From Gammaproteobacteria bacterium (lineage in GTDB: Bacteria; Pseudomonadota; Gammaproteobacteria; Natronospirales; REEB76): DNA of 64,000 nucleotides. The stretch covers positions 760 through 64,759 of the forward strand of contig JBOIBD010000001.1 in NCBI GenBank assembly GCA_050739415.1. The letters are read 5' to 3'. This document shows positions 19,926-28,830 of the stretch, one piece after another (within the stretch, counting starts at the first letter, position 1; each line of letters starts with the position of its first letter). The translations under genes and the position numbers were made by a program. The notes under the pieces were generated by a model. That model ran no database searches. It worked only from the letters and a program-made list of their open reading frames with translations, and was not told where the DNA came from.

Positions 19926-20163
19926 GGTTTCTGCCGTTTCCTGATTGCGTAGGGTACCTGATGCCACCCTTGTTTGAATGTCGACCCGCAGCCGATCTTC
20001 GCTGCTCAATATAGCCTTGCATTATTCCCACTTGAAAGCGGGATATCCAAATGCGTTTGAATAGCGGATTGCTGTACTAACCGGGGTTTATCACTACGAT
20101 CGCAAGATGCATATTCTATATATACTGTCGCCGTTAATCCCGGAATATCCGTAAGATTCTCTG

Positions 20164-20925
20164 ATGATCTTTGCCATAGTCGGTGCAGTGCTGATTGGGC
20201 TGACCCTGGGACTGCTGGGTTCCGGCGGCTCCATCCTCACGGTACCGGTGCTGTTATATCTGGCACACATGCCCGACAAGCTAGCCATCGCCAGCTCGCT
20301 CGGCATCGTGGGCGGCATTAGTTTCGCGGGCGCCATACCGTATGCCTGGCAGCGGTTGGTGCAATGGCGCTTTGTACTGTTGTTCGGCATACCCGACATG
20401 GCGGGAGCCTGGGCCGGCGCCTGGATAGGGGAATTTCTGCCGGGCGCGCTGCAGTTGCTGATTTTCGCAGTGGTGATGCTGACGGCCGCAATCGTGATGT
20501 TGCGTCAGCCCGCACTCAATCCGGATTCAGCGGTGCGCCACGCGGCCTGGAAAATCGTGCTCAGCGGATTGGGCGTGGGTGTCATCGTGGGCACTGTGGG
20601 TATCGGCGGAGGTTTCCTGATCGTGCCCGCGCTGGTAATCCTCGGTAGGCTCATGATGCGCCAGGCGGTGGCCACCAGTCTGGTCATCATCATACTGGCG
20701 GCTTTCACGGGTTTCATCCGCCATCTGCTCTCGTTGTCCACCCATGGCCAGCATGTGGACTGGCGTATTATTGGGCTGTTCATTATTGTGGGCGCGCTGG
20801 GCAGCTTCGCCGGTCACCAGATATCAGAACACATTCCGCAGACCCTCCTCAGGAAACTATTTGGCGTATTCCTGATCCTGATGGGCATATACATCGTTTT
20901 GCGCACACTGCCACGTCTATTCTGA
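20164..20925 (+). CDS. TauE/SafE (DUF81) family sulfite/anion exporter
   Basis: 253 aa, about 8 TM, LLGSGGSILTVP and GIGGGFLIVPAL repeated motifs typical of TauE/SafE. Confidence 0.8.
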   Translation: MIFAIVGAVLIGLTLGLLGSGGSILTVPVLLYLAHMPDKLAIASSLGIVGGISFAGAIPYAWQRLVQWRFVLLFGIPDMAGAWAGAWIGEFLPGALQLLIFAVVMLTAAIVMLRQPALNPDSAVRHAAWKIVLSGLGVGVIVGTVGIGGGFLIVPALVILGRLMMRQAVATSLVIIILAAFTGFIRHLLSLSTHGQHVDWRIIGLFIIVGALGSFAGHQISEHIPQTLLRKLFGVFLILMGIYIVLRTLPRLF

Positions 20926-20941
20926 TCGCAGGGAGAAAACC

Positions 20942-21298
20942 ATGACTGCCGCCACTGAACCAGTCACCCAAGCCAAAACCGGGATACGCGAAGTCACGCC
21001 AGGCGAAGTCGCAAAGAACCGTGACAAGTGCATCATCATTGATGTACGCGAACCGGCAGAGTATGCGACCGGCCACATCCCGGATGTGGCGAATATCCCG
21101 CGCGGCCTGCTTGAATCCAGCGTGGACAAACACCCGCTGCTCTGCGACCGTGACATGGCATTGGTGCTGCACTGCCAAAGCGGCGGACGTTCAGCACTCG
21201 CCACATTGGCATTACAGAAACTCGGCTTCAACAACGTCAGTAATATGGTCGGCGGGCTGCGCGCCTGGGAAGCGGCCGCATTACCAATAAGCAAGTGA
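20942..21298 (+). CDS. rhodanese-like sulfurtransferase domain protein
   Basis: 118 aa; DVREPAEYATGHIP and active-site loop LHCQSGGRS. Confidence 0.85.
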   Translation: MTAATEPVTQAKTGIREVTPGEVAKNRDKCIIIDVREPAEYATGHIPDVANIPRGLLESSVDKHPLLCDRDMALVLHCQSGGRSALATLALQKLGFNNVSNMVGGLRAWEAAALPISK

Positions 21299-21305
21299 TC
21301 AACGC

Positions 21306-22217
21306 TTGATACCCCATCACAGCCATCCGTTGCATCAAGGCGATACGCGCGGCCGCCAGCCGTTCATCTACGCATTGTTGCTGACCCTTGGATTCGCGTT
21401 AATCGAAGCCATAGCCGGCGGCTGGGCAAATTCGCTAGCCTTGCTGGGCGACGCTGGCCATATGGCCACAGACAGTCTCGCGCTCGGCGCCGCGGCACTC
21501 GCTGCCTGGATTGCACTCAAACCTGCCTCCGTGCGTCACAGCTATGGTTTCGGTCGCGCGGAGGTGATGGCCGCGCTGCTGAATACCTTTTTCATGCTGC
21601 TCATCGTAGTGGCCATCTCCGTCGAAGCTGTCATGCGTTTTCGTCATCCACCCGTAGTGCATGCGCCGGTGGTGATAATTGTTGGTGGGCTCGGCCTCCT
21701 CGTCAACATCATCGTTTATGTAGTGTTACAGCACGGTGACTCATCACTGAATATGCGAGCCGCGTTGCTGCACGTGCTGGGCGACATGCTGGGCTCGCTG
21801 GCTGCCCTCGTCAGCGGTATTGTGATTTTTTTAACCGGCTGGTTGCCCATTGATCCACTGTTGTCACTATTCATTGCGGTGTTGATTCTGATATCTAGTC
21901 TGCGATTGCTGCGTGACACCAGCTGTGTGTTACTTGAAGGAGTACCACGCGGCCTGGATCTGGCCGAAATTGGCCACAGCATGGCGCGCGTGGACGGTGT
22001 ACGTTCGGTGCACGATCTGCACGTCTGGTCCCTGTCCTCAAATGAAGTTTCGCTGTCCGCCCACATCGTCATAGATGAAATGGGCTCCTGGCAAGGTGTG
22101 CTTTATCGTTTGCAGAACCACTTGCATGAGAGCTACAGCATTGAACACGCTACTCTGCAACCGGAACCGGCAGTGCTGGCGCGCGTCCCGCTGGAAAGTC
22201 TGAGGCGGCGGTACTGA
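21306..22217 (+). CDS. czcD: cation diffusion facilitator (CDF) metal efflux protein
   Basis: 303 aa; His-rich N-terminus (IPHHSHPLH), LLGDAGHMATDSLALG and HVLGDMLGS motifs. TTG initiator at 21306, so the exact start is uncertain. Confidence 0.8.
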   Translation: MIPHHSHPLHQGDTRGRQPFIYALLLTLGFALIEAIAGGWANSLALLGDAGHMATDSLALGAAALAAWIALKPASVRHSYGFGRAEVMAALLNTFFMLLIVVAISVEAVMRFRHPPVVHAPVVIIVGGLGLLVNIIVYVVLQHGDSSLNMRAALLHVLGDMLGSLAALVSGIVIFLTGWLPIDPLLSLFIAVLILISSLRLLRDTSCVLLEGVPRGLDLAEIGHSMARVDGVRSVHDLHVWSLSSNEVSLSAHIVIDEMGSWQGVLYRLQNHLHESYSIEHATLQPEPAVLARVPLESLRRRY

Positions 22218-22350
22218 AGTATCGTAAGGATTATCTCGTTTTGACTTAATCTGGTTTGCCAAGCCTTGAGGATAGTAATAAGATTCGCTTGCTCTCTGTC
22301 ACGGCAGGGATGCTGTAGACTCAAACACAACTCTATGGAGAAATATAGCT

Positions 22351-22713
22351 ATGAAGAAATTCATGATCCCATTATTGTTCGCCATGGCCGCAGCCGCATT
22401 GATGTTCTCGTCCAGTGCTTCAGCCGCGGAAGGTAAGACCATGACTCCGCAGCAGGAGAAGATGGCTACATGCTCACATGAATCCAAGGGCATGAAGGGC
22501 GAAGAGCACAAGAAGTTCATGAGCGACTGCATGAAGGGTAACACCAAGGCAATGAAGACTGACGAGGCCGCTGCTGCCAAAGGCGAGACTCATCACATGA
22601 CAACGGCACAAGAAGAAAAAATGAAAACTTGCAACGCCGAAGCCAAGAGCAAGAAGCTCAAGGGCGAGGATCGCAAGCAATTCATGAGTAAGTGCTTGAA
22701 AGGCGGAAAATAA
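22351..22713 (+). CDS. psiF: PsiF-repeat protein (phosphate-starvation-inducible PsiF family), secreted
   Basis: 120 aa; signal peptide, then two PsiF repeats (TPQQEKMATCSHESKGMKGEEHKKFMSDCMKG and TAQEEKMKTCNAEAKSKKLKGEDRKQFMSKCLKG). Confidence 0.8.
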   Translation: MKKFMIPLLFAMAAAALMFSSSASAAEGKTMTPQQEKMATCSHESKGMKGEEHKKFMSDCMKGNTKAMKTDEAAAAKGETHHMTTAQEEKMKTCNAEAKSKKLKGEDRKQFMSKCLKGGK

Positions 22714-22735
22714 GAATCCGCAGAGTTGAATGAAT

Positions 22736-22766
22736 AACGGGGCGCAGTATGCGCCCCGTTTTTTAT
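22736..22766 (+). terminator. rho-independent terminator of psiF
   Basis: aacggggcgc-agta-tgcgccccgtt stem followed by tttttt. Confidence 0.85.
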
Positions 22767-22804
22767 GCCGATACGCTACGCCTGCGCAGCTTACGCATCA
22801 TGAC

Positions 22805-23560
22805 TCACCAGGGTCGTCCGGCGCGAATATGTAACGGCCATCTAACCTGATGTTTATCCATCGAAGACCCCCATATCTCATTCAGATTATTTCCGAAATC
22901 CTTCACCGGATCCCAGCCGTTCTGCTTGATAAACCTCCGCACTGCAGACCAGGTATCCAGATATGCCAGGAACTGCTGTAAATTCCAATGCTGGTTCATA
23001 CTGAAAGCTGGTGTCGGGACATCTTTAAATGGAAATTCAATCGTGCGATAGCCCTCGTCAATCAGCACCCGCTCGGGCGGCCAATAGGCGCCTATCGCAT
23101 TGTTGTAGAAAGACTGCACCACAGCATCAATCTCCGGCGTGATCGAACACAAACCATAGCACCACACAGCGATAACACCGCCGAGTTTGAGCACTTGGTC
23201 CACTTGCTTGTAAAAAGCCGGCCGGTTAAACCAGTGAACCGCCTGGGCGACAGTCACCAGATCAATGGACTGCGGTTTGATCATGGGTGATTCCGCCACG
23301 GTGACGCGGTAACTGATCCGTTCGTGGGGAAAGGCGTTCCCGATCTGTTCTTTACTGGGATCGGTTGCGATGACATGCTTATAATGCGCCGCGAGACCCA
23401 ATGCAGCCTGGCCATTTCCTGTGCCGCAATCCCAGGCTACATCATGGTTCACCGTCAATGTTGCCAGCCACGCAAACAGTTCATCCGGATAGCGCGGTCG
23501 AGCGTCTGCGTAAGCAGCAGCATGTCCGGAGAAATAGTCCTTAAATCCTGCTTGGCTCAT
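22805..23560 (-). CDS. class I SAM-dependent methyltransferase (Methyltransf_11-like)
   Basis: ORF 22805..23596(-) trimmed to ATG 23560 (MSQAGFKDYFSGHAAAYADARPRYP...), which forms an ATGA overlap with the MAPEG stop. DCGTGNGQAA SAM-binding motif; 251 aa. Confidence 0.8.
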   Translation of the reverse strand: MSQAGFKDYFSGHAAAYADARPRYPDELFAWLATLTVNHDVAWDCGTGNGQAALGLAAHYKHVIATDPSKEQIGNAFPHERISYRVTVAESPMIKPQSIDLVTVAQAVHWFNRPAFYKQVDQVLKLGGVIAVWCYGLCSITPEIDAVVQSFYNNAIGAYWPPERVLIDEGYRTIEFPFKDVPTPAFSMNQHWNLQQFLAYLDTWSAVRRFIKQNGWDPVKDFGNNLNEIWGSSMDKHQVRWPLHIRAGRPW

Positions 23561-23982
23561 ACCTGATGATAAAGTCTCACTGCGAAGATAATCCACATGG
23601 TCAGCAGCACGAAAAAGCTGGCGGCATAAACGGGAAAGCGATGCATGATCTTATTGTAGGTCACATGGATCAGGGAATGCACAATCCGCAGTCCTAAATA
23701 AAGCCACGCCAGAACCAATAACGTTTCCGATACGGTGTGTGTCATATACGCAGCAAGGCACAGTACGTAAAACAGCACCGGCATCTCGAACAGATTGATG
23801 AAATTGCGGCCCGGCAGGCGCACATCCATCGGCACCTCCGTTGATTCACCGGCCTTGTATTCGCCGCGCTTGATACGCCCGGCGAAACCAGCAGACCAGC
23901 GTTTGTAGGTCATAAGTAACATGATCAAGAAAGTCCAAGCTACCAAGGCCATCATCGGGACAAATATTGCTTCTGGTTTCAT
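23557..23982 (-). CDS. MAPEG-family membrane protein
   Basis: 141 aa, four hydrophobic helices, NFINLFEMPVLFY and HSLIHVTYN motifs resembling bacterial MAPEG proteins. Family call is of moderate certainty. Confidence 0.6.
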   Translation of the reverse strand: MKPEAIFVPMMALVAWTFLIMLLMTYKRWSAGFAGRIKRGEYKAGESTEVPMDVRLPGRNFINLFEMPVLFYVLCLAAYMTHTVSETLLVLAWLYLGLRIVHSLIHVTYNKIMHRFPVYAASFFVLLTMWIIFAVRLYHQV

Positions 23983-24051
23983 ACAATCCTCATCTTTATT
24001 GTGACTTGTTTATGGCAGTAACGTCAGGGAGCTCTGACTCACTCTTTTTCT

Positions 24052-24078
24052 GTCATTCCGGCGAAAGCCGGAATCCAG
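24052..24078. repeat. REP-like hairpin repeat, family 1
   Basis: gtcattccggcgaaagccggaatccag between the cyclase stop and the MAPEG start. Confidence 0.7.
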
Positions 24079-24163
24079 TAAATGAAATACTTCCTGAATA
24101 CCGACGTTCACCGGTAGATTGAGTGGGTTCAGTATGGAGATTCGGGCTTCCTTGATTATTGAG

Positions 24164-24829
24164 TTAGATAATCGCATAGGCGCGTACCGGAAAGGTGCCG
24201 AACTTCTTTACTTTCACCGGCACGGCGTGAAACCGGAAGCCGTGGTCGGGTAGCCGCTCAAGGTTACACATATGTTCACAGACAGGTATATCGGCGCCCA
24301 GTAGAATCGAATGGACCGGACGTCGCAAGTCGGCGGTGTCGTCGATGTTATAAGAATCGATCCCCACGAATACCGCGCCCTGCTCTTTCAGATAGTTCGC
24401 CGTGGCCTCGGTCAGAAATGGGTGGCCTTCGAAATATGCATCTGCGCGCCAGTGCTTCGCCCACCCGGTATGCACCAACACTGCTTTGCCCTGCACTTGA
24501 GTACCCTTAAACAACTCCGGTCCGATGGCACGTTCGTCTTTACCCGTATGAAAGAGCAAGCCTTCCAGATCTGCCAAGGACTCCAGCGGCAATTCGGATA
24601 AATCCTTGCCATCGGTATACCGATGGAACGGGGAATCCACATAAGTGCCGGTGTTCGCTACCATCTCGATCTTGCCGATATAGAAGGTCGTGTCTTCGCT
24701 GTAATGAGTCCTGGAGGCTTCCCGGGAAAGGTAGTCGCAGATGATCGGTGCCGGCAGACCTTTATAGGTGAGCATGCCGTGCTCGACCGTGTGGCTGAGA
24801 TCAATGATTTCTGAAGTATGTGATTTCAT
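24164..24829 (-). CDS. cyclase family protein (kynurenine-formamidase-like fold)
   Basis: ORF 24164..24838(-) (TTG) trimmed to ATG 24829, forming an ATGA overlap with the decarboxylase stop. NTGTYVDSPFH resembles the HxGTHxDxPxH cyclase motif but with altered His positions; 221 aa. Confidence 0.7.
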   Translation of the reverse strand: MKSHTSEIIDLSHTVEHGMLTYKGLPAPIICDYLSREASRTHYSEDTTFYIGKIEMVANTGTYVDSPFHRYTDGKDLSELPLESLADLEGLLFHTGKDERAIGPELFKGTQVQGKAVLVHTGWAKHWRADAYFEGHPFLTEATANYLKEQGAVFVGIDSYNIDDTADLRRPVHSILLGADIPVCEHMCNLERLPDHGFRFHAVPVKVKKFGTFPVRAYAII

Positions 24830-26181
24830 TGCTTGCAACCTTTTGCGATACCCAGCATAACCTTCAACGATAGCTCTACATCCTCATCGGTAGTTGCCCA
24901 AGAGCACACGCTGATGCGCATAGCGGTCTTGCCCTGCCACATAGTCCCGCCGCACCAACAAGTGCCGTCGTTCTGAATCTCGGCAATCACACGATTGGTC
25001 ATGGCCGCATCACCGAAGGACACCAGCACCTGGTTGAGCACCACCTCGTTGAGGATTTCATAGCCAGCAACTTTGAAGCCTTCCGCAAAACGCCGCGCCT
25101 GGCGGCAGTTGCGCACGATCATCTCAGAGACGCCAGCGCGACCAAGCGTCTTTAGCGCTGCCCACACTTCGATACCGCGCGCGCGCCGCGATAATTCCGG
25201 CACGAAGTCAGATGGATTGCGGCGTGAACTATCGGTGGGCAGGTATTCCGCAGTGATGGCCATGGCCGCGCGCAGCGCATCCGCATCGCGGACGAAGGCG
25301 ATGCCACTGTCATAGGGGACATTCAGCCATTTGTGGAAATCCGTGGCCCAGGAATCCGCTTTCGCCATACCCTGTGTCAGCTCGGCCAATTCAGGTACTG
25401 CCATCGCCCAGAGACCGAAGGCGCCATCCACGTGCACCCAAGCGTCGCTGGCATGTGCAATCTCGCAGATTTCGCCGATAGGATCGAAGGCACCGGTGTT
25501 CACGTTGCCGGCTTGGGTACAAATAATCGTCGGACCGGACATGGGCGGCAAGGCATCGGCACGCAGCCGACCTTGCGAATCCACAGGTACTTTGAACAAA
25601 CGGTTGCGGCCAAGTCCCAGTAACCCAAGTGATTTGGTCAAAGTAGGATGAGCTTCACCGCCTACGATCACCGTGATGGGCGGCGCACCGATCAGACCAT
25701 CCGCCTCCACGTTCCAGCCCGCACCTTCCAGCACTTTGTGGCGCGCAGCCGCCAGCGCAGTGAAATTCGCCACCGTCGCACCTGTGACGAATCCGCCGCC
25801 CGTCTCGCGCGGCAAATGCAGGATATCCAACAGCCAGCCCAGCGCGACCTGCTCCAGATACGCTGTAGCCGGCGTGACGTTGTAAAGCGCCGAGTTCTGG
25901 TCCCAGGCTCCGGCCAGCCAATTAGCCGCCAAGGTCACGGGCAGCGAGCCACCGATCACGAAACCGAAAAAGCGCTTTCCGGCGATCCCCATAGTGGCGC
26001 CTGAACACACTTCATCCAGAAGCCTCAGTACCGATTCAGGTTTATTGGGTTGTTCGGGTAATGGCTGATCAAGTATAGAAAGATTCGTTACGGCATCCGA
26101 CAAGGGTGCGACGGGTCTGGCATCAACATTTTCCAGATATGTGATGGCGCGTTGCGCTGCGTCTTCTAGAAGATTCCTCAT
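24826..26181 (-). CDS. pyridoxal-dependent (group II, aromatic-amino-acid-type) decarboxylase
   Basis: 451 aa; GGSLPVTLAANWL, HVDGAFG and PLP-lysine context SWATDFHKWLNVPYDSG. Confidence 0.8.
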   Translation of the reverse strand: MRNLLEDAAQRAITYLENVDARPVAPLSDAVTNLSILDQPLPEQPNKPESVLRLLDEVCSGATMGIAGKRFFGFVIGGSLPVTLAANWLAGAWDQNSALYNVTPATAYLEQVALGWLLDILHLPRETGGGFVTGATVANFTALAAARHKVLEGAGWNVEADGLIGAPPITVIVGGEAHPTLTKSLGLLGLGRNRLFKVPVDSQGRLRADALPPMSGPTIICTQAGNVNTGAFDPIGEICEIAHASDAWVHVDGAFGLWAMAVPELAELTQGMAKADSWATDFHKWLNVPYDSGIAFVRDADALRAAMAITAEYLPTDSSRRNPSDFVPELSRRARGIEVWAALKTLGRAGVSEMIVRNCRQARRFAEGFKVAGYEILNEVVLNQVLVSFGDAAMTNRVIAEIQNDGTCWCGGTMWQGKTAMRISVCSWATTDEDVELSLKVMLGIAKGCKQ

Positions 26182-26293
26182 CAGAATATCTCCTTAATCA
26201 TCGTCTAATGTAAATAATAAAGCTCTCACCCTATACGATATCAACTACAGGCAATAACCGTATTTAGTCGTATGATGACCTAGATGGAGCTAA

Positions 26294-26791
26294 TCATCTT
26301 GAAATAAAATATTGAATGTCTATTATATTTTTTATTTTCCTTTCTAAATCATTTAGATCTTTTTCTCGTGGGAATCCAGTACAGCCATAATTGTGATACA
26401 AATACTTAGATTCACCATGGTACTGAAATCGCATCTCAGATGATGGCGCATCCATGGCGAGATTCTTGCAATCATCATAACGATGATTCCATATATCGGG
26501 GTAACCATCCCTGAACCCCTGAATATCATAATCTTTCATAGTATTCACTATCTTCCGAAATACATCTGGTGATAACGACCCCGTGTAAATACCTTTATAT
26601 TTCACGTGGTCCAAACCATCAAACAGATAAGCTCCATCTGGGAATATATAAATCCTATATACCGGGCAGCTACCAAGACAACCAAATTCCGAATAATAGA
26701 AAACATCTTTTGCTAGCGGCTTATTTGCCGCAGATACCGCAATTGTAAATAAAAGAAATAAGCAAGCAGGAAATCCTATAATTCGCGGCAT
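26294..26791 (-). CDS. small secreted Cys-containing protein, unknown function (possibly DUF6438-like), AT-rich
   Basis: Only the last 165 codons of ORF 26294..27190(-) are credible: ATG 26791, MPRIIGFPACLFLLFTIAVSA signal peptide, GCLGSCPVYRIYIFPDGAY motif. Strongly AT-rich relative to flanks. Confidence 0.6.
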   Translation of the reverse strand: MPRIIGFPACLFLLFTIAVSAANKPLAKDVFYYSEFGCLGSCPVYRIYIFPDGAYLFDGLDHVKYKGIYTGSLSPDVFRKIVNTMKDYDIQGFRDGYPDIWNHRYDDCKNLAMDAPSSEMRFQYHGESKYLYHNYGCTGFPREKDLNDLERKIKNIIDIQYFISR

Positions 26792-26868
26792 CGCTATTCT
26801 CCCAGTAGGTGGTCGGTATAAAGTCCGGACAATATTCCTAGCAATTGTTCCTAATCTTACTCTGCTGT

Positions 26869-27732
26869 CTATTCTCCATCTGCCACACTTAACTTGAAAC
26901 GCCATTCGCCGAGTATCACCGCGGCGATCACCATCGCACCGCCCACAAAACCGCGTACTCCGAGAACCTCGTGCAGCCACAACCATCCGAATAACGCTGC
27001 AAACACGGGCTCCATTGCGTAGATCACTGCGGCTTTCTCCGCCGAGACGTGGCGCTGCCCCACCGCTTGCAGAAACAGCATGCCGGCGCTGGCAACGACG
27101 CCAAGATAGAGCAATGATGGCCACGCAGGCTCTGCTCGTGCGATCAAGGTCGCGAGCGCGCCACCGTGCATATGCGTAACCAGCAACCACAAAATGCTGA
27201 TTATCGCCATGGCAACGATCTGGGTAGCGGCCAGCGTGCGCGAATCATGTGCTTGGATGCGGCGCGACAAAATAATGATGTAGATTGCATACGTGAGCGC
27301 ACATATCAAAGTAGCACTGTCGCCGATCAGACTGCCGCCGCTCTCCCATGACATGAGACCGATGCCGGCGCAAGCCAGTACAGCCGCACTCACGATTTGC
27401 AGGCCCAAGCGAGCGCCCAACAATAGCCCGATGAAGGGCACCATCAGCACGTTGAGGCTGGTTAGGAACGCGCTGCGGTTGGACGAGATATATTCCAGTC
27501 CCACCGCTTGTGTCACATACGAGGCCAGTGCCACCACGCCCAAGAGAATGCCATCCCGCCAGGCGGTGCGAGATGCTTTGAATGCGAAGGGCAACATGCA
27601 CACACCAGCCACTAGGAAACGCACAGCCGTAATCTCCGCGCCACTGAGATGCGATGTCGCCGCACGGATGATTGGGAACGTAGTGCCCCAGACCAGGGTC
27701 ACGAACAGCAGCACTAGCACGCTGAAACTCAC
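26869..27732 (-). CDS. EamA/DMT-family transporter
   Basis: 287 aa, 10 TM helices, two EamA-like halves (LVWGTTFPIIRA...). Confidence 0.85.
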   Translation of the reverse strand: MSFSVLVLLFVTLVWGTTFPIIRAATSHLSGAEITAVRFLVAGVCMLPFAFKASRTAWRDGILLGVVALASYVTQAVGLEYISSNRSAFLTSLNVLMVPFIGLLLGARLGLQIVSAAVLACAGIGLMSWESGGSLIGDSATLICALTYAIYIIILSRRIQAHDSRTLAATQIVAMAIISILWLLVTHMHGGALATLIARAEPAWPSLLYLGVVASAGMLFLQAVGQRHVSAEKAAVIYAMEPVFAALFGWLWLHEVLGVRGFVGGAMVIAAVILGEWRFKLSVADGE

Positions 27733-27788
27733 CGGTCTCTCCCCAAGAAGACGGTGGCAATTTTACAGGATTGGATCAATACATTTTC

Positions 27789-27911
27789 CGTCATGCCGGC
27801 GTGACCGCCAGGGATGGCGAAAATGCCGGAAACACAAGAGTAGTTTCCGGTAAAAACCAGCATCCAGTAAGTAATAATCGGTCCTGGATTCTGGCTTCCG
27901 CCGGAATGACG
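27789..27911. mobile_element. MITE-like 123-bp element bounded by family-1 terminal inverted repeats
   Basis: cgtcatgccggcg (27789-27801) and cgccggaatgacg (27899-27911; reverse complement cgtcattccggcg) match 12/13. Internal perfect 8-bp hairpin ccggaaac/gtttccgg (27826-27850). No coding capacity. Confidence 0.55.
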
Positions 27912-27967
27912 AAGTTGGGATATACACGAATTATTCAGAGCTTCCCTAAACAATAATCCGTTGATGT

Positions 27968-28050
27968 TGAGCGTAGCGAAGCGAAATCGAAACATCATCG
28001 CCACCGCTGAAATTCTACCCTTCGACTCCGCGCCCATGGCGCTACGCTCA
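27968..28050. repeat. 83-bp palindromic element (family 5)
   Basis: tgagcgtagcg (27968-27978) and cgctacgctca (28040-28050) are a perfect 11-bp inverted repeat. Single copy in this window. Confidence 0.5.
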
Positions 28051-28076
28051 GGGCGAACGGTGTGTTTGTAACTTCT

Positions 28077-28742
28077 TCAATTTTTATTTGCCAATTCAAC
28101 GCACTTGCTCAGGAATACATGCATTGCGCGTTCGCCCCCGACGTACTTCTCGCACTTGTAACCCAAAGCACGCATATCGATGCCATTCAGGAGATGTTCC
28201 CCGGATCCGAGTAATACCGGCGAAATAGCGAGATGCAAATCGTCGATTAGACCGGCTTTCAGATATTGGCGTATGGTGGAGACACCGCCACCGAGCCGCA
28301 CGTCGCGGTCGCCTACAGCCGCTTTCGCCTGCTTCAAAGCAGAATGAATGCCGTCGGTGACAAAGTGAAACACCGTGCCACCCTTCATCTGGATCGGCGC
28401 CCGTTTGTGATGCGTGAGTACGAACACCGGCATGTGAAACGGTGGATCGTCGCCCCACCAACCTTTCCAGCTTTCGTCCGGCCACGGCCCGCGGATCGGG
28501 CCGAACATATTGCGCCCGAGAATCCAGGCACCGATTCCTTCAAAGCCTCTTTCGGCAATCCCGTTATCAACACCGATCTCGCCACCCTCCTGGCCTTGCA
28601 TCTTTTGCCACGCAAGCGTGTGGAAGAACCATTCCATCAGCTCCTGGCCTCTCATGCCCACCGGATTCTGGAGATCCTGGTCCGGCCCGGCACCGTAGCC
28701 GTCAATGGAGATCGCGAAACTCAGGACACGAAGTCTGAACAT
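28077..28742 (-). CDS. dihydrofolate reductase family protein (RibD C-terminal domain type)
   Basis: 221 aa; MFRLRVLSFAISIDGYGAGPDQDL start and GGGVSTIRQYLKAGLIDDLHLAISPVLLGSGE C-terminal block typical of RibD_C/YyaP-like reductases. Confidence 0.8.
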   Translation of the reverse strand: MFRLRVLSFAISIDGYGAGPDQDLQNPVGMRGQELMEWFFHTLAWQKMQGQEGGEIGVDNGIAERGFEGIGAWILGRNMFGPIRGPWPDESWKGWWGDDPPFHMPVFVLTHHKRAPIQMKGGTVFHFVTDGIHSALKQAKAAVGDRDVRLGGGVSTIRQYLKAGLIDDLHLAISPVLLGSGEHLLNGIDMRALGYKCEKYVGGERAMHVFLSKCVELANKN

Positions 28743-28830
28743 GGAATGTCTCGCTATTCCGTAGGGACGATACAGTTTAATGCCGTTCGCCGCTGGATGG
28801 CGTAGGATTCGCGCTCAAACGGAGACTGCC

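Noticed and set aside
22296-22319. Possible Pho box upstream of psiF (CTGTCAC ... CTGTAGA)
   Set aside because: The two heptamers are 17 nt apart start-to-start, not the 11-nt periodicity expected for PhoB boxes. This is not sufficient to call.
26792-27190. N-terminal 133 codons of the 298-aa ORF 26294..27190(-)
   Set aside because: This part overlaps the eamA coding region in another frame and is Arg-rich nonsense. The sequence becomes protein-like only from the ATG at 26791, where a signal peptide starts.
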